From contig JWZX01002781.1 in NCBI GenBank assembly GCA_001275005.1, positions 1-43,662 of the forward strand: 43,662 nt of DNA, written 5' to 3'. This document shows, piece after piece, positions 1 to 10,795 of the stretch (its first letter is position 1; each line of letters starts with the position of its first letter). The notes under the pieces are model-generated. The model saw only the letters and a list, made by a program, of their open reading frames with translations, was not told the DNA's origin and did no database searches. The translations under genes and the position numbers were made by a program. This DNA is from Chrysochromulina tobinii (Eukaryota).

Positions 1-21
1 TCCCCCCTGGCCGGGCTCCTG

Positions 22-1608
22 ATGGCTCCGCTGTCTGTCTCTTCACGCGGTGGTTCACGGCCGCTTAACCGTTGGGGTCAAGCGGCAGAGTTTTGCGGTG
101 AAGAGTCCTGTTTGCGTGACAGGGTGAATTTCATTTATAGAGAGGTTTCGCACGTCGCGAACGCGTGTCTCCAGGCACGCATGTACCCCAGCCCAGGGGC
201 GCTCGTTGCCATGGGCGATGGTGGCGCTGCTCACATTCACGCTGGCGAGCTTATTGTTCAAAATGCATCGCACGCGCGGATCCCTTGGTTGCAACAAGGG
301 TCGCCATTCATGATTTCGACAAGCTCGTCTTCTCCACTTCTTCGACTGCGCACCCCTGGCATTTCACATGTCAACGTAATCCGCGTCCCAGTAAGCACGC
401 CGAATGGCATGCGCAACCCGTTTCATAGTGCTTTTGAAGTTCTCGATCGGCAGCTGGACGCGTTCCCACGTGGAGTGGATCTGCATGCTCTCAAGGCCAA
501 TGCTGCGCCACAAGGCATCGTAGACCTGCACGCCCTCAAGTGCGAAGAGCTTGCGGCGCAAAGCGTGACTTTAGGGGCAGAGTTGGATAGAAATGCGAAC
601 AGCAGTGCCATTCTCTTTCCGCACCGACGGCGCTCCATCCACGCACTCTTCGATCCCTCGCGCGTGGAGAAACCGCCAAGCGTACCACGAACGGGGAACG
701 CCGCTCCCTTCCCGAAGCCACTCCGTGTGCCATACAAGTCCAAGCCGAGGCAGCGGGCAGATATTGCCGATGCCCCGGCGGCAGATATTGCCGATGCCAC
801 GGCGGCGACCTTGGAGCTGACGGGCGCGCAGGCGCGTGTCGGATTTGTGGCGTTGCCAGGGGCAAGCCCACCTCGCTATGGCCGCCCAGCATTCAGGAGC
901 GTGGCGCGCCCTCCCTCGGTGCCTGAGCCTGCGAACGTCCTCGAGGAGGCCCGCGTGGAGGACGAGCCGTCGAGCTTGAGTTCTTCTTTCAAGCGCCATT
1001 CGCTGCCTACGAGGTCATCACCGGGTGCATCACCACAGAGCGCCACTGCCGCCGTCGCCGCCGCCACTGCCGCTACCGCCGCCGCCACCGCCACCATCGC
1101 TGCCACCCTTACGGCAGGACGGCCGACGGACCTCGATTTTCACACCATGGTTCACGGCGCGCCCGCGACCAAAGACGGAAGAGGCGTTGCACGACTCAAC
1201 GTCAAGGAATTCTTCCTCGGCGAGACCATCGTCAACATTCGAGGGTCTCTCTCTTCTTTGGCCAAGTTCCCCACTCGCCACGAGATCATGACGTATCATG
1301 GCCCCGAGGTCACGGGCCCGAGACCATCGCTTGCGCCGCGAGCGCCGCGAGCGCCAACGGCTGCCAACGCGGTGCCCTATGGTGGCCAAGGGCGAGAACA
1401 GCGAAAGGAGGTACGAAGAAGGCAGCTCATGGCCTCGCACAAGGGCAAAGCGGATGCAGGAGCCATCGCAATGGCACGCCAGCGCGCTCAGGATGCCTTA
1501 GCCGCCGCCACTGGGAAAGGCAAGTACACTGATGAGCAACTCTTCGCCGCTGCAGAGAAGCACCTCAAAAAGCTCATGCTGAGGTCTGGCGAGGACTGGG
1601 TCGAGTAA
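22..1608 (+). CDS. Hypothetical protein, Pro/Ala-rich with a charged helical C-terminus; true start uncertain, possibly a downstream Met
   Basis: 528-codon ORF followed by an AT-richer 3' region; short internal repeats VDLHALK x2 and ADIADA x2; no family recognised. Confidence 0.55.
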   Translation: MAPLSVSSRGGSRPLNRWGQAAEFCGEESCLRDRVNFIYREVSHVANACLQARMYPSPGALVAMGDGGAAHIHAGELIVQNASHARIPWLQQGSPFMISTSSSSPLLRLRTPGISHVNVIRVPVSTPNGMRNPFHSAFEVLDRQLDAFPRGVDLHALKANAAPQGIVDLHALKCEELAAQSVTLGAELDRNANSSAILFPHRRRSIHALFDPSRVEKPPSVPRTGNAAPFPKPLRVPYKSKPRQRADIADAPAADIADATAATLELTGAQARVGFVALPGASPPRYGRPAFRSVARPPSVPEPANVLEEARVEDEPSSLSSSFKRHSLPTRSSPGASPQSATAAVAAATAATAAATATIAATLTAGRPTDLDFHTMVHGAPATKDGRGVARLNVKEFFLGETIVNIRGSLSSLAKFPTRHEIMTYHGPEVTGPRPSLAPRAPRAPTAANAVPYGGQGREQRKEVRRRQLMASHKGKADAGAIAMARQRAQDALAAATGKGKYTDEQLFAAAEKHLKKLMLRSGEDWVE

Positions 1609-2122
1609 GGCGGATAGTCTTAGTCAACGACGAGCAAACCACGCGACCTGGGGTGTCAGAACTCGAACTGCACTTCTCTTTGATTAGAGTAGCCTCCGTG
1701 ACCGGGGTCCGTGTCTGCAGTGACTCGCTCTATAGTATACCATAGGTCCTCAATTTTTACATAGAATCGAATGAATACCGCGCTCTAACGTCTAAGCCGC
1801 CCCGCGCCCGGCGGGGCGCGCGCGCGAACCGACCACGTGCAACCGAGTGGCAGTCGAAACACGAAAGCCAAGAACAAGAGGCGACATCGGCGTTCAGTGC
1901 CGACATGTACGACTAATCAGCTGAACGTAGCTCGCATGCGCGCGCGTGCCGACCCGTGCCGTACTGTACGTGCGCTCATCCATCTCCCACGCTGACCATA
2001 CACCTCTCTGTTTTTGTCGCCCGTGGTATCCTAAGTTGTGGAGCTCGACAGCCCCTGCTCGCCGCCCCACCGTCACCCGGCTGCGCTCGCCGCCCCACCG
2101 TCGACAGCCTGCGCTCAACGCG

Positions 2123-3085
2123 TCAGTTCAGCAAGATGAGGCCAGCGACCGCCTGTGCCGTGCCCTGCTGCGCCGTGCCCGGCTGCGCCGTGTTGGGCGG
2201 CGTGTTGAGCGTCATAGAGCACGTGAGCCGATGAGACGGCCAATCCATCGCCTGGCAAAAGCGGGAGCAGTAGCGCGCGCGGCAGTGGCCAGGCATCATG
2301 CCCTGACAGCGCGGCAGTGCGGGCGGCCCCATGATGCCATTCGCCCGTGCGCGCGCGCGCACGCCCCACCGTCCGCAGCTCGGCGATTTGCAAATGCTCG
2401 CGGTTGCCGTATTAGGCGCGTGCAAGTCGCGTGCGCGCCGCAAGCAGTCCTGCATGATCGCGTACTCGCTGGAGACCCGAAAGTCCGTGGGCTCGCGGTC
2501 GCGCGTGCGCGGCCGGTGCTTGCCGAAGCGGGCCGGGTTGTGTCCGAGGGACGCGGCCAAATCCAGAAGCGACTCGCCGCTGAACAGGTCGCCTCGAGTG
2601 AAGAGGCCGCCACCGCCGAGAATCGCCGAGAGACGGCCGTCGTCGGAGGAGGGCGAGGCCGGCTCGGGCAAGCGGCGCGTGAGCAGCCAGCACTCGAAGG
2701 CGGCGTCCGCGCGCAGCGACGCGGGCGCGCTTTGCTGGCTCGCAAGGGTGCGTAGGAGCATGCGCCCCTGTTCATTGTCGGTGACATCGGCTGTCGGGTG
2801 GTAGGAGAGGGCGACGCCGAGGCGGTAGTTTGCAGCGGGATTGCCGGCCTCCACAAGGCGCTCGAGGAGGTGGCGGCGCTCGAGAGGAAAGGCTGCGTCC
2901 TCGGATGAGCCCAGAGGCAACCACGTCCACAGCACGGGCAAGCGGCAGAGCTCGGCAAATGCACGGCACGTCGTGGCGACCTCGAAGAACTCACCAGCGT
3001 CGAGATGGACGAGGACGGACTCGAGGAGGTCGGGGCCGAGGTCGGTCAAGCTGAGGCCGCTCTGGGAGCCCCGAATGGTGGTCAT
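2123..3085 (-). CDS. F-box protein with Sel1-like helical repeats and a C-terminal MYND-type zinc finger; alternative start at 3109
   Basis: F-box-like LTDLGPDLLESVLVHLDAGEFFEVATTCRAFAELC; Sel1-like AGNPAANYRLG; MYND-like CKSPSC...RCQG...CRARYCSRFCQAMDWPSHRLTC, the architecture of plant F-box/MYND proteins. Confidence 0.8.
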   Translation of the reverse strand: MTTIRGSQSGLSLTDLGPDLLESVLVHLDAGEFFEVATTCRAFAELCRLPVLWTWLPLGSSEDAAFPLERRHLLERLVEAGNPAANYRLGVALSYHPTADVTDNEQGRMLLRTLASQQSAPASLRADAAFECWLLTRRLPEPASPSSDDGRLSAILGGGGLFTRGDLFSGESLLDLAASLGHNPARFGKHRPRTRDREPTDFRVSSEYAIMQDCLRRARDLHAPNTATASICKSPSCGRWGVRARARANGIMGPPALPRCQGMMPGHCRARYCSRFCQAMDWPSHRLTCSMTLNTPPNTAQPGTAQQGTAQAVAGLILLN

Positions 3086-3231
3086 GCGACGACGCCCACG
3101 AGTCTGCATTAGATTAGATACGATCGCTGAACTTGCATCGGGCGGACGCTCATGAAACGCAGAAGAGACGTGAACTGTTTTTAAAACGCCCAAAATAAAA
3201 CGCTCGAAAATCGGAAAACCACAAGCGCGCC

Positions 3232-3586
3232 TCAACACTCCCCCAGCATCATCGCCGCCACAATCTGCTTGGCGGCCGGATCCGTGAGCGTGGCCACCAG
3301 CTGCCCGAACTGCGCCTCGCCCAGCGCCGTCCCGAGCGTGCGCACCCAATGCGCCACGCGTACGGGTACGTTGATCGACCTCAGGTCCTCATCGTCCTCG
3401 TCGTCCTCGTCGTCCTCCTCGTCCTCCTCGTCCTCGCCGTCGTCCTCGTCCTCCTCGCCGCCTCCGCCGAGCGCGCCGGTGTCGGCGTAGGCTCGCGCCG
3501 CGGTGGTGGCGGCAAACTCCTCTTGGCTCATGAAGGGCGAAGGACGTCGCGCGCCTTGCTGAGCGCTCGCCTCGACGCGATCTTCA

Positions 3587-3621
<35 letters not shown>

Positions 3622-4706
3622 ATCCTCGTCCTCGTCCTCGTCACCTGCGTCGCCTTGTCCCCGGACGAGCTGCCCGTCCGCTCGGTACGAGTCCGAGCCC
3701 GCATGCGCCAGCACAGCCCGGGCCGCCGAAGCGGCGAGGGCGAAGACACGAACGAGCAACGGCACTACCGGCCTCGCGCCGTGTTGAGCAGAGGATGGTG
3801 CCTGGCGCTCGCGCCGTGTTGAGCTGCGCAGCTGGCGGGGTGCGTGCGGATCTGCGGGCGGTGCGGCGCTGGGCACTGGCAGCTGGCACACCGCCGGGAA
3901 CGCAGGCGAGGCGAGCTCGAGCAGCGCAGCAAGGAGAGCCTTCGCCTCATATGGATGGAGCACCTGATGAGGGAGGCTATCGGAGGCACTCAGTGGCACT
4001 CGGAGGCACTCGGTGGCACGTAGAGGCACTCCGCGGCACTCAGAGGCACTCCGAGGAAATCGGTTCGCGTACATCCGGCGCCGTCTCAATCCAAGCACTG
4101 AGCACGAGCGACAACGCGCCGTCATGGGCACCCTCATGGGCGCCCTCGTGGGCGCCGAGCCGTTGGAGCGCATCGACGAGCATTCCACAGCCGAGAGGGG
4201 GCGGCGCGAGCGCTATCCTGGCGAGGACGACTAGAATGGCATGGCGCAGGCCCATGCGCGATGCCGACCGCAGCCATCGCACGAGCGCCCACAACAGCGC
4301 GTCGGCACGCTCGGCGAAGGCGCTCGGGGCGTGACGAACGAGGACGCCGAGTAACGGCACGCCACCGCTCGCCACCGCCGCCTCGGTGAGCTCGCCTCGG
4401 AGATTGCGGAGCGCCGTGTCGAGCCAGTGCATGCGGAGCGTCGTGCCGTCAGCCAGCGCGCCGTGTCGTGCAAAGTAGCCGAGGCACAAGCAGCCCTCGC
4501 GCAATACGGATGGCTGCGTCGCGTGGCTCACGACGGTTAACAGTGCGGGCAGCACTTCGGTGCATGCCGCCCGAGGCAACGCGTGAGTTCGGGGCCAGCG
4601 GCGGAGCAGCACGGTGTGTAGCAGCTCGAGAGCGGGCATGAGGGCTTCGTGGGAACTTGCATTCACATCGTCCCCCACCGTCCCCATATCATGCGACCCA
4701 TCCTCA

Positions 4707-4774
<68 letters not shown>

Positions 4775-7552
4775 TCCGGCCGCAGCGTGCATCCCTCCGG
4801 CAGCACTCACCGCCCCGCCGGCTGCCGCGTCCGCTGCGGCCGCCGCCTGGTCGAGTTGCATCTGGAGCTGCGGCACGTGAAGGAGCCATCAGTCGCACTC
4901 AGTCGCAATCAGTCGCACTCAGTCGCACTCAGTCGCACTCACCTGGAGCACGTGGAGGAGCACGGGAAGCAGGCGCTCCACCAGCCCAGGCATGGCCTCG
5001 AGCTGCGAGGCCATCGGCTTGATCGCATCCACCACCGCGTCACCCACAAGGGGGGATGTGCCCGAGACGGCGCCGCGCCCGAGCGAGTTGGACCAGAGCT
5101 GTAACAGCTGCGGCGTGAGCCACGGCTCCGCGGCGGCCGCCGCGTGAGCGTCGCGGCGCAGCAGACTCCCCACAGTGCGCAGGGCGCATAGCGTCGCCTC
5201 TTCGCCCTCTCGCAGCGCGAGGAGCGCCGTCGTGGGCACCAAACAGTCCAGCACGAGCGCCGTAGTGGTCGCCGCGCCCCCTGGCAGACGTTCACACCCC
5301 TCTGGAAGCTGTTCACACACCGTCTGGAGCGCGCCTGCATGGACCGCAATCAGGCGCACTCAGACGCACTCGGAGGCACCCGTCGAACGCAATCAGAGGT
5401 CATCAGAGGCCATCAGAGGTCCTCAGAGGCGATCAGTCGCAATCAGAGCCCATCAGCGCACCGCACGCGACCAGGCGCAGCTGAGTGCCCCACTGTGGCT
5501 CTAGTGCCGCGCGGATTGCTCCCACCAACTTAGCCAACGCCTCTCGCGGCAGCGAAGCCGCATAGCGCGCCGCCGCGCACAGGGTTCGTGCCCGGAGCAG
5601 CGGAGGCGTGTCGGGGTTCGTCAGATCGTGTCCCCACAGCTCCTCGAACGCATGTGCGGCGCTGAAGACGGCGGCGCGCCCGTTGGAGAGAGCCTTTTTG
5701 TTCGCCTGCGCCAAGTGGGACGCACCAAGCTCGAGTGCGAGGCAGGCAGCCTCTCGCAGCCGCCACCAGTGCGGCGCACCCGCTGTTCGGTTCGCATGCG
5801 CTTGGCTCAAGCGTGCGCCGATGGCGTGCAGGAGCGCCGTCGCGGCGCTCGCCGGGGCGGCGTCGAGCAGCTGCTCGAGCGCTTGGCGCACCTGCCATTA
5901 GGCGCAATCAGGCGTAATCAGGCGCAATCAGGCGTAATCAGGCGCAATCAGGCGCATGCAGACTCATACAGCAGCATTCATCTAGGGCGCTCGATGTCAT
6001 CAAAGGTCATCAGAGGGTCATCGTAGAATTCATCAGAGGTCTTCACGGCGCAATCCACACCAATCAGGGGAGCTGCTCACGGCCACGCGAGTGGAGACGG
6101 CGAATGACTCCGAGTCCTCATGTTGAAGGTACGCGTCCACATCTTCGCTCCACTCCTCCTCTTGTGCAGGCGTGATCGGGAGCAGCCCAATGCACCTGCA
6201 TGCAAACGCATGCCAACGCATCCTCAGACGCAATCCAGACGCAATCAGATGGGCTCAAGACGCCCTCAGACGCCCTCAGACGCCTTCAGAAGCACTCAGA
6301 CGCCCTCACAAGCACTCAGAAGCACGCAGAAGCACTCAGAAGCACTCAGATGCACATGTGGAAGAGGTCGGGCAATGCCGGCGTGAGTAGCCTGTGGAAC
6401 GTCGATGAATCCGCAAGCGCACTGAACACGTCGAGTAGCTCCGCCGCCAGAGCATCCGCGCCCTCCGTCTCTCCGTCCGAATCGTACCGCGACGGCGCGT
6501 TCCAAAGGCCCATCGCGCCGCCAGGCTCCGTCGCCTCGAGCGTGCGCTCATGCAGCCGGACGGCTCGCAGCAGCTGTGCGCCGAGCGGAGGCAATATGGC
6601 TTCCTTATTAGGCAGGAGCGCACGTGGGAGCATCTGGATGAAGAGTCGCAACAGGCGAACGAGCGCCACCTGCAGCGCGCAGCTCTCACCGTCCGCACCC
6701 TCTGCGCCCGCCACAGCGCCCGCCACGCCCGCCACGCCCGCGACGCCCGCCACGCCCGCCGGCGCGTCTGCACAGCCCGCGAGCGCCTCGAGGATGAGTG
6801 ACGCCCACACAGCCAACGGCCCCTTTTGGAGCTTGCGCAGGACCGGGTCGTCGTCGGCGCAGAGCATGGTGAGCCGTTCGAGCAGCTTATGCACCACCTG
6901 ATGAGGGGGGGGGCAGTCCGGTAGGCGCTCACGGGGGCGTTCCAAACACGCCATCAGCGCCCCTCAGTTGCGAGCACACCCGCACGGTACGCGCTCGGTC
7001 CTTGGGCCTTGCCGTTGGCGAGGCGACTACTGGGGCGAGCAGCGGCGAAAGCACATCGAGCGTCTCGATCAGCTGAGCCTGATCAAGCTCGCCGGCGCAG
7101 AGCTCGAGGCAGCGCAGGACGCCTGCGGCTGCCTCCGACGAGCCCTCGCCGCCCGCGCTCGCCGCGCTCTGGAGCCGTTGGATGAGCTCTTGCACCATCC
7201 CAGGCCACTCGTCGGGAAAGTCGTGCTGCGCAATGGCGGCCACGACCATGGAGACGGCGGTGCGGATCTTGCCGGATCGGTCGGCGAGGCACGTGGGCAG
7301 CGCGCCTCGGATCGCCGCCTTCTCTGCGTCAGGTACGATGCCTCGCATCCACTGGGAGCGCACAAGCCGCTTCAGGATCAGGCCGGATAGCTGGCGCACC
7401 GGCAAGGGCTGAGCCGAATCGACAAGGATACTCGCGAGGCAGAGCGCAAATCCGGGTGTGCCCTGCAGCGCGTCGAGCCCAGCCTCGGCCGCACGCGGAT
7501 CGAGCTGCATCTGGCCGAGGTGGTGCAACACCACCGCGTGAAGGTCAGACAT
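3232..7552 (-). CDS. IPO9: Importin-9-like karyopherin, 7 exons: 7552-6980, 6897-6356, 6195-6081, 5891-5462, 5334-4943, 4867-4073, 3963-3232 (about 1192 aa)
   Basis: IBN_N-like VRQLSGLILKRLVRSQW; AIAQHDFPDEWPGMV; EEEWSEDVDAYLQHED; WWRLREAACLAL; acidic C-terminal loop; all six GT-AG junctions keep frame (3579 nt). Confidence 0.85.
3964..4072 (-). other. Importin-9 intron 6 (109 nt, phase 0) with GAGTGCC-core decamers
   Basis: GAT|GTACGC ... CCCTCATCAG|GTG joins ETAPD to VLHPYEAK. Confidence 0.8.
4868..4942 (-). other. Importin-9 intron 5 (75 nt, phase 0), GAGTGCGACT x5; alternative in-frame acceptor at 4862
   Basis: CAG|GTGAGT ... GCCGCAG|CTC; its removal eliminates an in-frame stop. Confidence 0.8.
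5335..5461 (-). other. Importin-9 intron 4 (127 nt, phase 1) with degenerate decamer repeats
   Basis: G|GTGCGC ... CATGCAG|GC gives VACGALQTVC. Confidence 0.75.
5892..6080 (-). other. Importin-9 intron 3 (189 nt, phase 0) containing a (TGATT(G/A)CGCC)n decamer array
   Basis: GCC|GTGAGC ... CTAATGGCAG|GTG; CTAAT branch-like motif. Confidence 0.8.
6196..6355 (-). other. Importin-9 intron 2 (160 nt, phase 2), built of about 10-nt TCTGAGTGCT / TCTGAGGGCG units
   Basis: AT|GTGCAT ... GCATGCAG|GTGCATT restores LFHMCIGLL. Confidence 0.8.
6898..6979 (-). other. Importin-9 intron 1 (82 nt, phase 0)
   Basis: CGG|GTGTGC ... CCCCCTCATCAG|GTG joins ARTVR to VVHKLL. Confidence 0.75.
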
Positions 7553-7817
7553 CGGCGGCCGCACAACGAGATGAGCTCCTCGTCTGTGAAAATGTTGCAC
7601 TTCCTATTCGGTCGTGTTCGTATGTTCGGTGTCGAGTTTATAATTCCTGAACCATTCACATTGGCTGTGAATCGGAGTAAACTGGCGGCTAACCTGGGCC
7701 AACGCAAAAGTTCGGGTACCAACGATCTTGACTTGACTTGATGCGAAATCGTGGGAAGATTCAGGAACTTGTCACGCAGGCTTCCGCTCTCCCCGTCGCC
7801 GAGACTCCATCTCCGCA

Positions 7818-7971
7818 ATGATGGCATGCTTGTCCGTGTACGCGCTCGCCCTGGCGATGTCGCGCTCCCTCCCACTGCGTGGCGGGACGTGCGTCGCCAC
7901 ACGGGGCAGTGTGCTTCATATGAATGCCGTCGCGGAGGCCACTCGTACCGATCTGCGCAACATTGCGATTG

Positions 7972-8002
<31 letters not shown>

Positions 8003-10168
8003 TGTGGATGCGATGCTCAAATCGGCGAACATCAAGGGAGACGATACGTTTTTGGACAGCAACGCTCAGGAGCGTGAACGTGGCATTACCATTCTTGCAA
8101 AGAATGCGGCGCTCACATGGAATGGCGTCAAGGTCAACATCGTCGACACTCCTGGCCACGCCGACTTTGGCGGCGAGGTGGAGCGTGTGCTCGGCATGGT
8201 GGACGCCGTGCTGCTGCTTGTGGATGCGGCGGAGGGCCCGAAACCGCAGACGCGCTTCGTGCTCAAAAAGGCGCTTGCCATGGGCCACAAGGTGCTTGTC
8301 GTCGTTAACAAGATCGACAAGCCTGCTGCGCGTCCTGACTACGTGCTCGACAAGACCTTCGACCTCTTCTGCGAGCTGGGCGCTACGGACGAGCAGACCG
8401 ACTTCCCTGTGGTGTACACGTCGGCGATCAACAAGGTCGCTGGCCACGAACCGAATGCGATCGGCACGGACATGTCGGCCCTCTTCGACAAGATCATGAC
8501 GCTCCCGAAACCCAAGGTGGCGAACGACAAGCCTCTCCAGCTCCAGATCTCGAACATCGGCTCGGACCCGTTCATCGGGCGGCTGGGCATCGGACGCATC
8601 ACCGCGGGCAAGCTGGTCAAGAACACGCCCATCGGCCTCTCTGCGGGCCCTGGCGCGAAGGTTCGCCAGGTCAAGGTCTCCGAGCTCTTCAACTTCCAGT
8701 CGGCTGGCCGCGTGCCGATTGAGAGCGCCTCCGCGGGCGAGATTGTCGTCTTCTCGGGCGTGCCCGACTTCAACATCGGTGACACGATCGTCGACCTGGC
8801 CAACCCGATGCCACTCGAGCCCATCGAGGTCGAGCAGCCCACGATGTCGATCACTATGGGTGTGAACAAGTCTCCATTCGCGGGTCGTTCGGGTGCCAAA
8901 TACCTGACGGGGCGCAACATCCGCGATCGGCTGATGAAGGAGCTCGAGACGAACGTGGCGATGCGCGTCGAGGACACCGACGACGGCGATACGGTGCTCG
9001 TCTCTGGGCGTGGGTTGCTCCATTTGACCGTGCTGATCGAGAACATGCGGCGGGAGAGCTTCGAGCTCATGGTTGGCCCTCCGATGGTGATTGAGAAGAC
9101 CGAGAATGGCGAGCGCCTCGAGCCGTTTGAGCTGGTGGGCAGATTGAAGGCAGATTGAAGGCAGATTGAAGGCAGATTGAAGCCAGATTGAAGCCAGATT
9201 GAAGCCAGATTGAAGCCGTTTGAGCCGTTTGGTGGGCAGATTGAAGGCAGATTGAAGGCAGATTGAATGCTGCCTCGAATCTCCTCTGAGGGCCGCGGAG
9301 GGCTGCTGATGGCCACTGATGGCCGCTGAGAGTGCTGCTGTGATTGCTTCGGCAGGTGGACATCGAGCTGCCCGCGGAATACGCCTCGGCCGCGATCTCC
9401 CTGCTCAACGAGCGCAAGGGCAACATGATCGACATGACCGCGGTGACCAAGGAGGGAGGGCAGGTGAAATACTGAACGAGTTGCCCTGAGTGCCCCCTAA
9501 TTGGCCTTAATTAAATGCAATTGCCATACCTGCCTCGACTGCAGGTGATCCAATTCGAGGTGCCTGCCCGTGGCATGTCGGGCGTCAAGTCCAAGCTGCT
9601 CTCTGCGACACGCGGTCTCGCCGTGATGAGCTCCACCTTCGCGGGCTACAAGCCGTACGCGGGTGACTTCGGGCAGCGCCAGAAGGGCAATCTGCTCTCG
9701 GCCGAGGCGGGCACCGCCACCGCGTATGCGATGCACAAGCTCGAGGACCGCGGCGCCTTCTTCTCCAGCCCCGGCGATGAGGTGTACGAGAACCAGATTG
9801 TCGGCGTCAACGCCAAGTCGGGCGATCTCAAGGCAAACATCTGCAGGTGATGAGCACTGATTGCATTCGGATTGCATTCAGATTGCATTCAGATTGCATT
9901 CTGAGTGCCTCTGATTGACTCTTGAGTGGCTCTGAGTGCCTCTGAGTGCCTCTGAGTGCCTCTGAGCGTCTCGCTCATCAGGGCGAAGGCGCTGACGAAC
10001 ATGCGCTCGGCCGGCGCGGATGAAAAGTCGACCACCTCGACCCCGCTGCAACTCACTCTTGAGGATGCAGTCGAGTACGTCATCGACGGCGAGTACGTCG
10101 AGGTGACGCCCGACGCGATCCGCATGGGCATGGCGCCCAAGATGAACAAGTTTGGCCAGAAGGTGTGA
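7818..10168 (+). CDS. typA: TypA/BipA translational GTPase, probably plastid-targeted; exons 7818-9134, 9356-9463, 9545-9846, 9982-10168 (about 637 aa)
   Basis: [81 protein letters not shown]; hydrophobic leader followed by a transit-like segment; junctions keep frame (1914 nt). Confidence 0.95.
9135..9355 (+). other. TypA intron 1 (221 nt, phase 0) with an 11-nt (G/C)CAGATTGAAG array
   Basis: CTG|GTGGGC ... TTCGGCAG|GTG joins LEPFEL to VDIELP. Confidence 0.85.
9464..9544 (+). other. TypA intron 2 (81 nt, phase 0)
   Basis: CAG|GTGAAA ... CTAAT ... CTGCAG|GTG. Confidence 0.85.
9847..9981 (+). other. TypA intron 3 (135 nt, phase 2) with GATTGCATTC(A/G) and CTGAGTGCCT arrays
   Basis: AG|GTGATG ... 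GCTCATCAG|G gives [12 protein letters not shown]. Confidence 0.85.
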
Positions 10169-10795
10169 ACAGTTGTTTTGGTACAGTGCGAGCGAGGCGG
10201 GCGATCCCCGCCAGAGCAAGCTCGACAGCAGCATCCACGGCGTTCTGCACCTCCGTCACCTGCGTAATAGCTGCTGGGACTCGCCTGCAGTGGATCCGTG
10301 GGAGAACCGTGCGTGTTCTCACTGGACACTGCGGCGCGCGCTGAGCGCTGAGCGTTGAGCTGCGAGAGAGTTTGCGGTGTGCGGTGAACTGAACGCGCAC
10401 AAATGTGACGGGGCGTTGTGCATGTGTTGTGCGTTATGGGATCGTGCGCTGTATCGAGTACCGTCGGGTAGTTACTTGTCTGAACTGTGTCCAGTGCGAG
10501 CGCCAAAGAGCCCCGAAGACGAGCGGAACGCGGCGCCTCTCCTGAGAGATGCCTCCTGAGAAACGAGTTGCATGGCCGCGGAGCGGCCGCGGCGCGCCTG
10601 AAAGCTCGGAAAATATTCGATTTGCGCAATTTGGACGCGGCCGCGCCGGGGGCTGTCGGGTCACGTGTGAACGGGACGGGTGCGTCTGTGGTCTGACGTA
10701 TGTTAGAGAAAAGCACATCTATCAATACCTCGCGCAGGCACGAGAATCAGATTCCACCGTGGTCCAGACAGAATCTCTCACTTACCACGGCATGC

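Noticed and set aside
3110..3349. N-terminal extension of the F-box ORF
   Set aside because: Overlaps the importin-9 last exon and the AT-rich intergenic gap; the real start is more likely 3085 or 3109
7761..9023. 420-aa minus-strand ORF
   Set aside because: Antisense shadow of TypA caused by GC-rich codon bias
3964..9981. Short repeat arrays as CRISPR or telomeric repeats
   Set aside because: No unique spacers, no cas genes and no TTAGGG-type units; the arrays lie inside GT-AG introns
10729..10785. Possible minus-strand intron (GTAAGT ... GAG) extending the 11551 gene
   Set aside because: The donor lies after the stop at 10796 and the acceptor is weak; cannot be supported without RNA data
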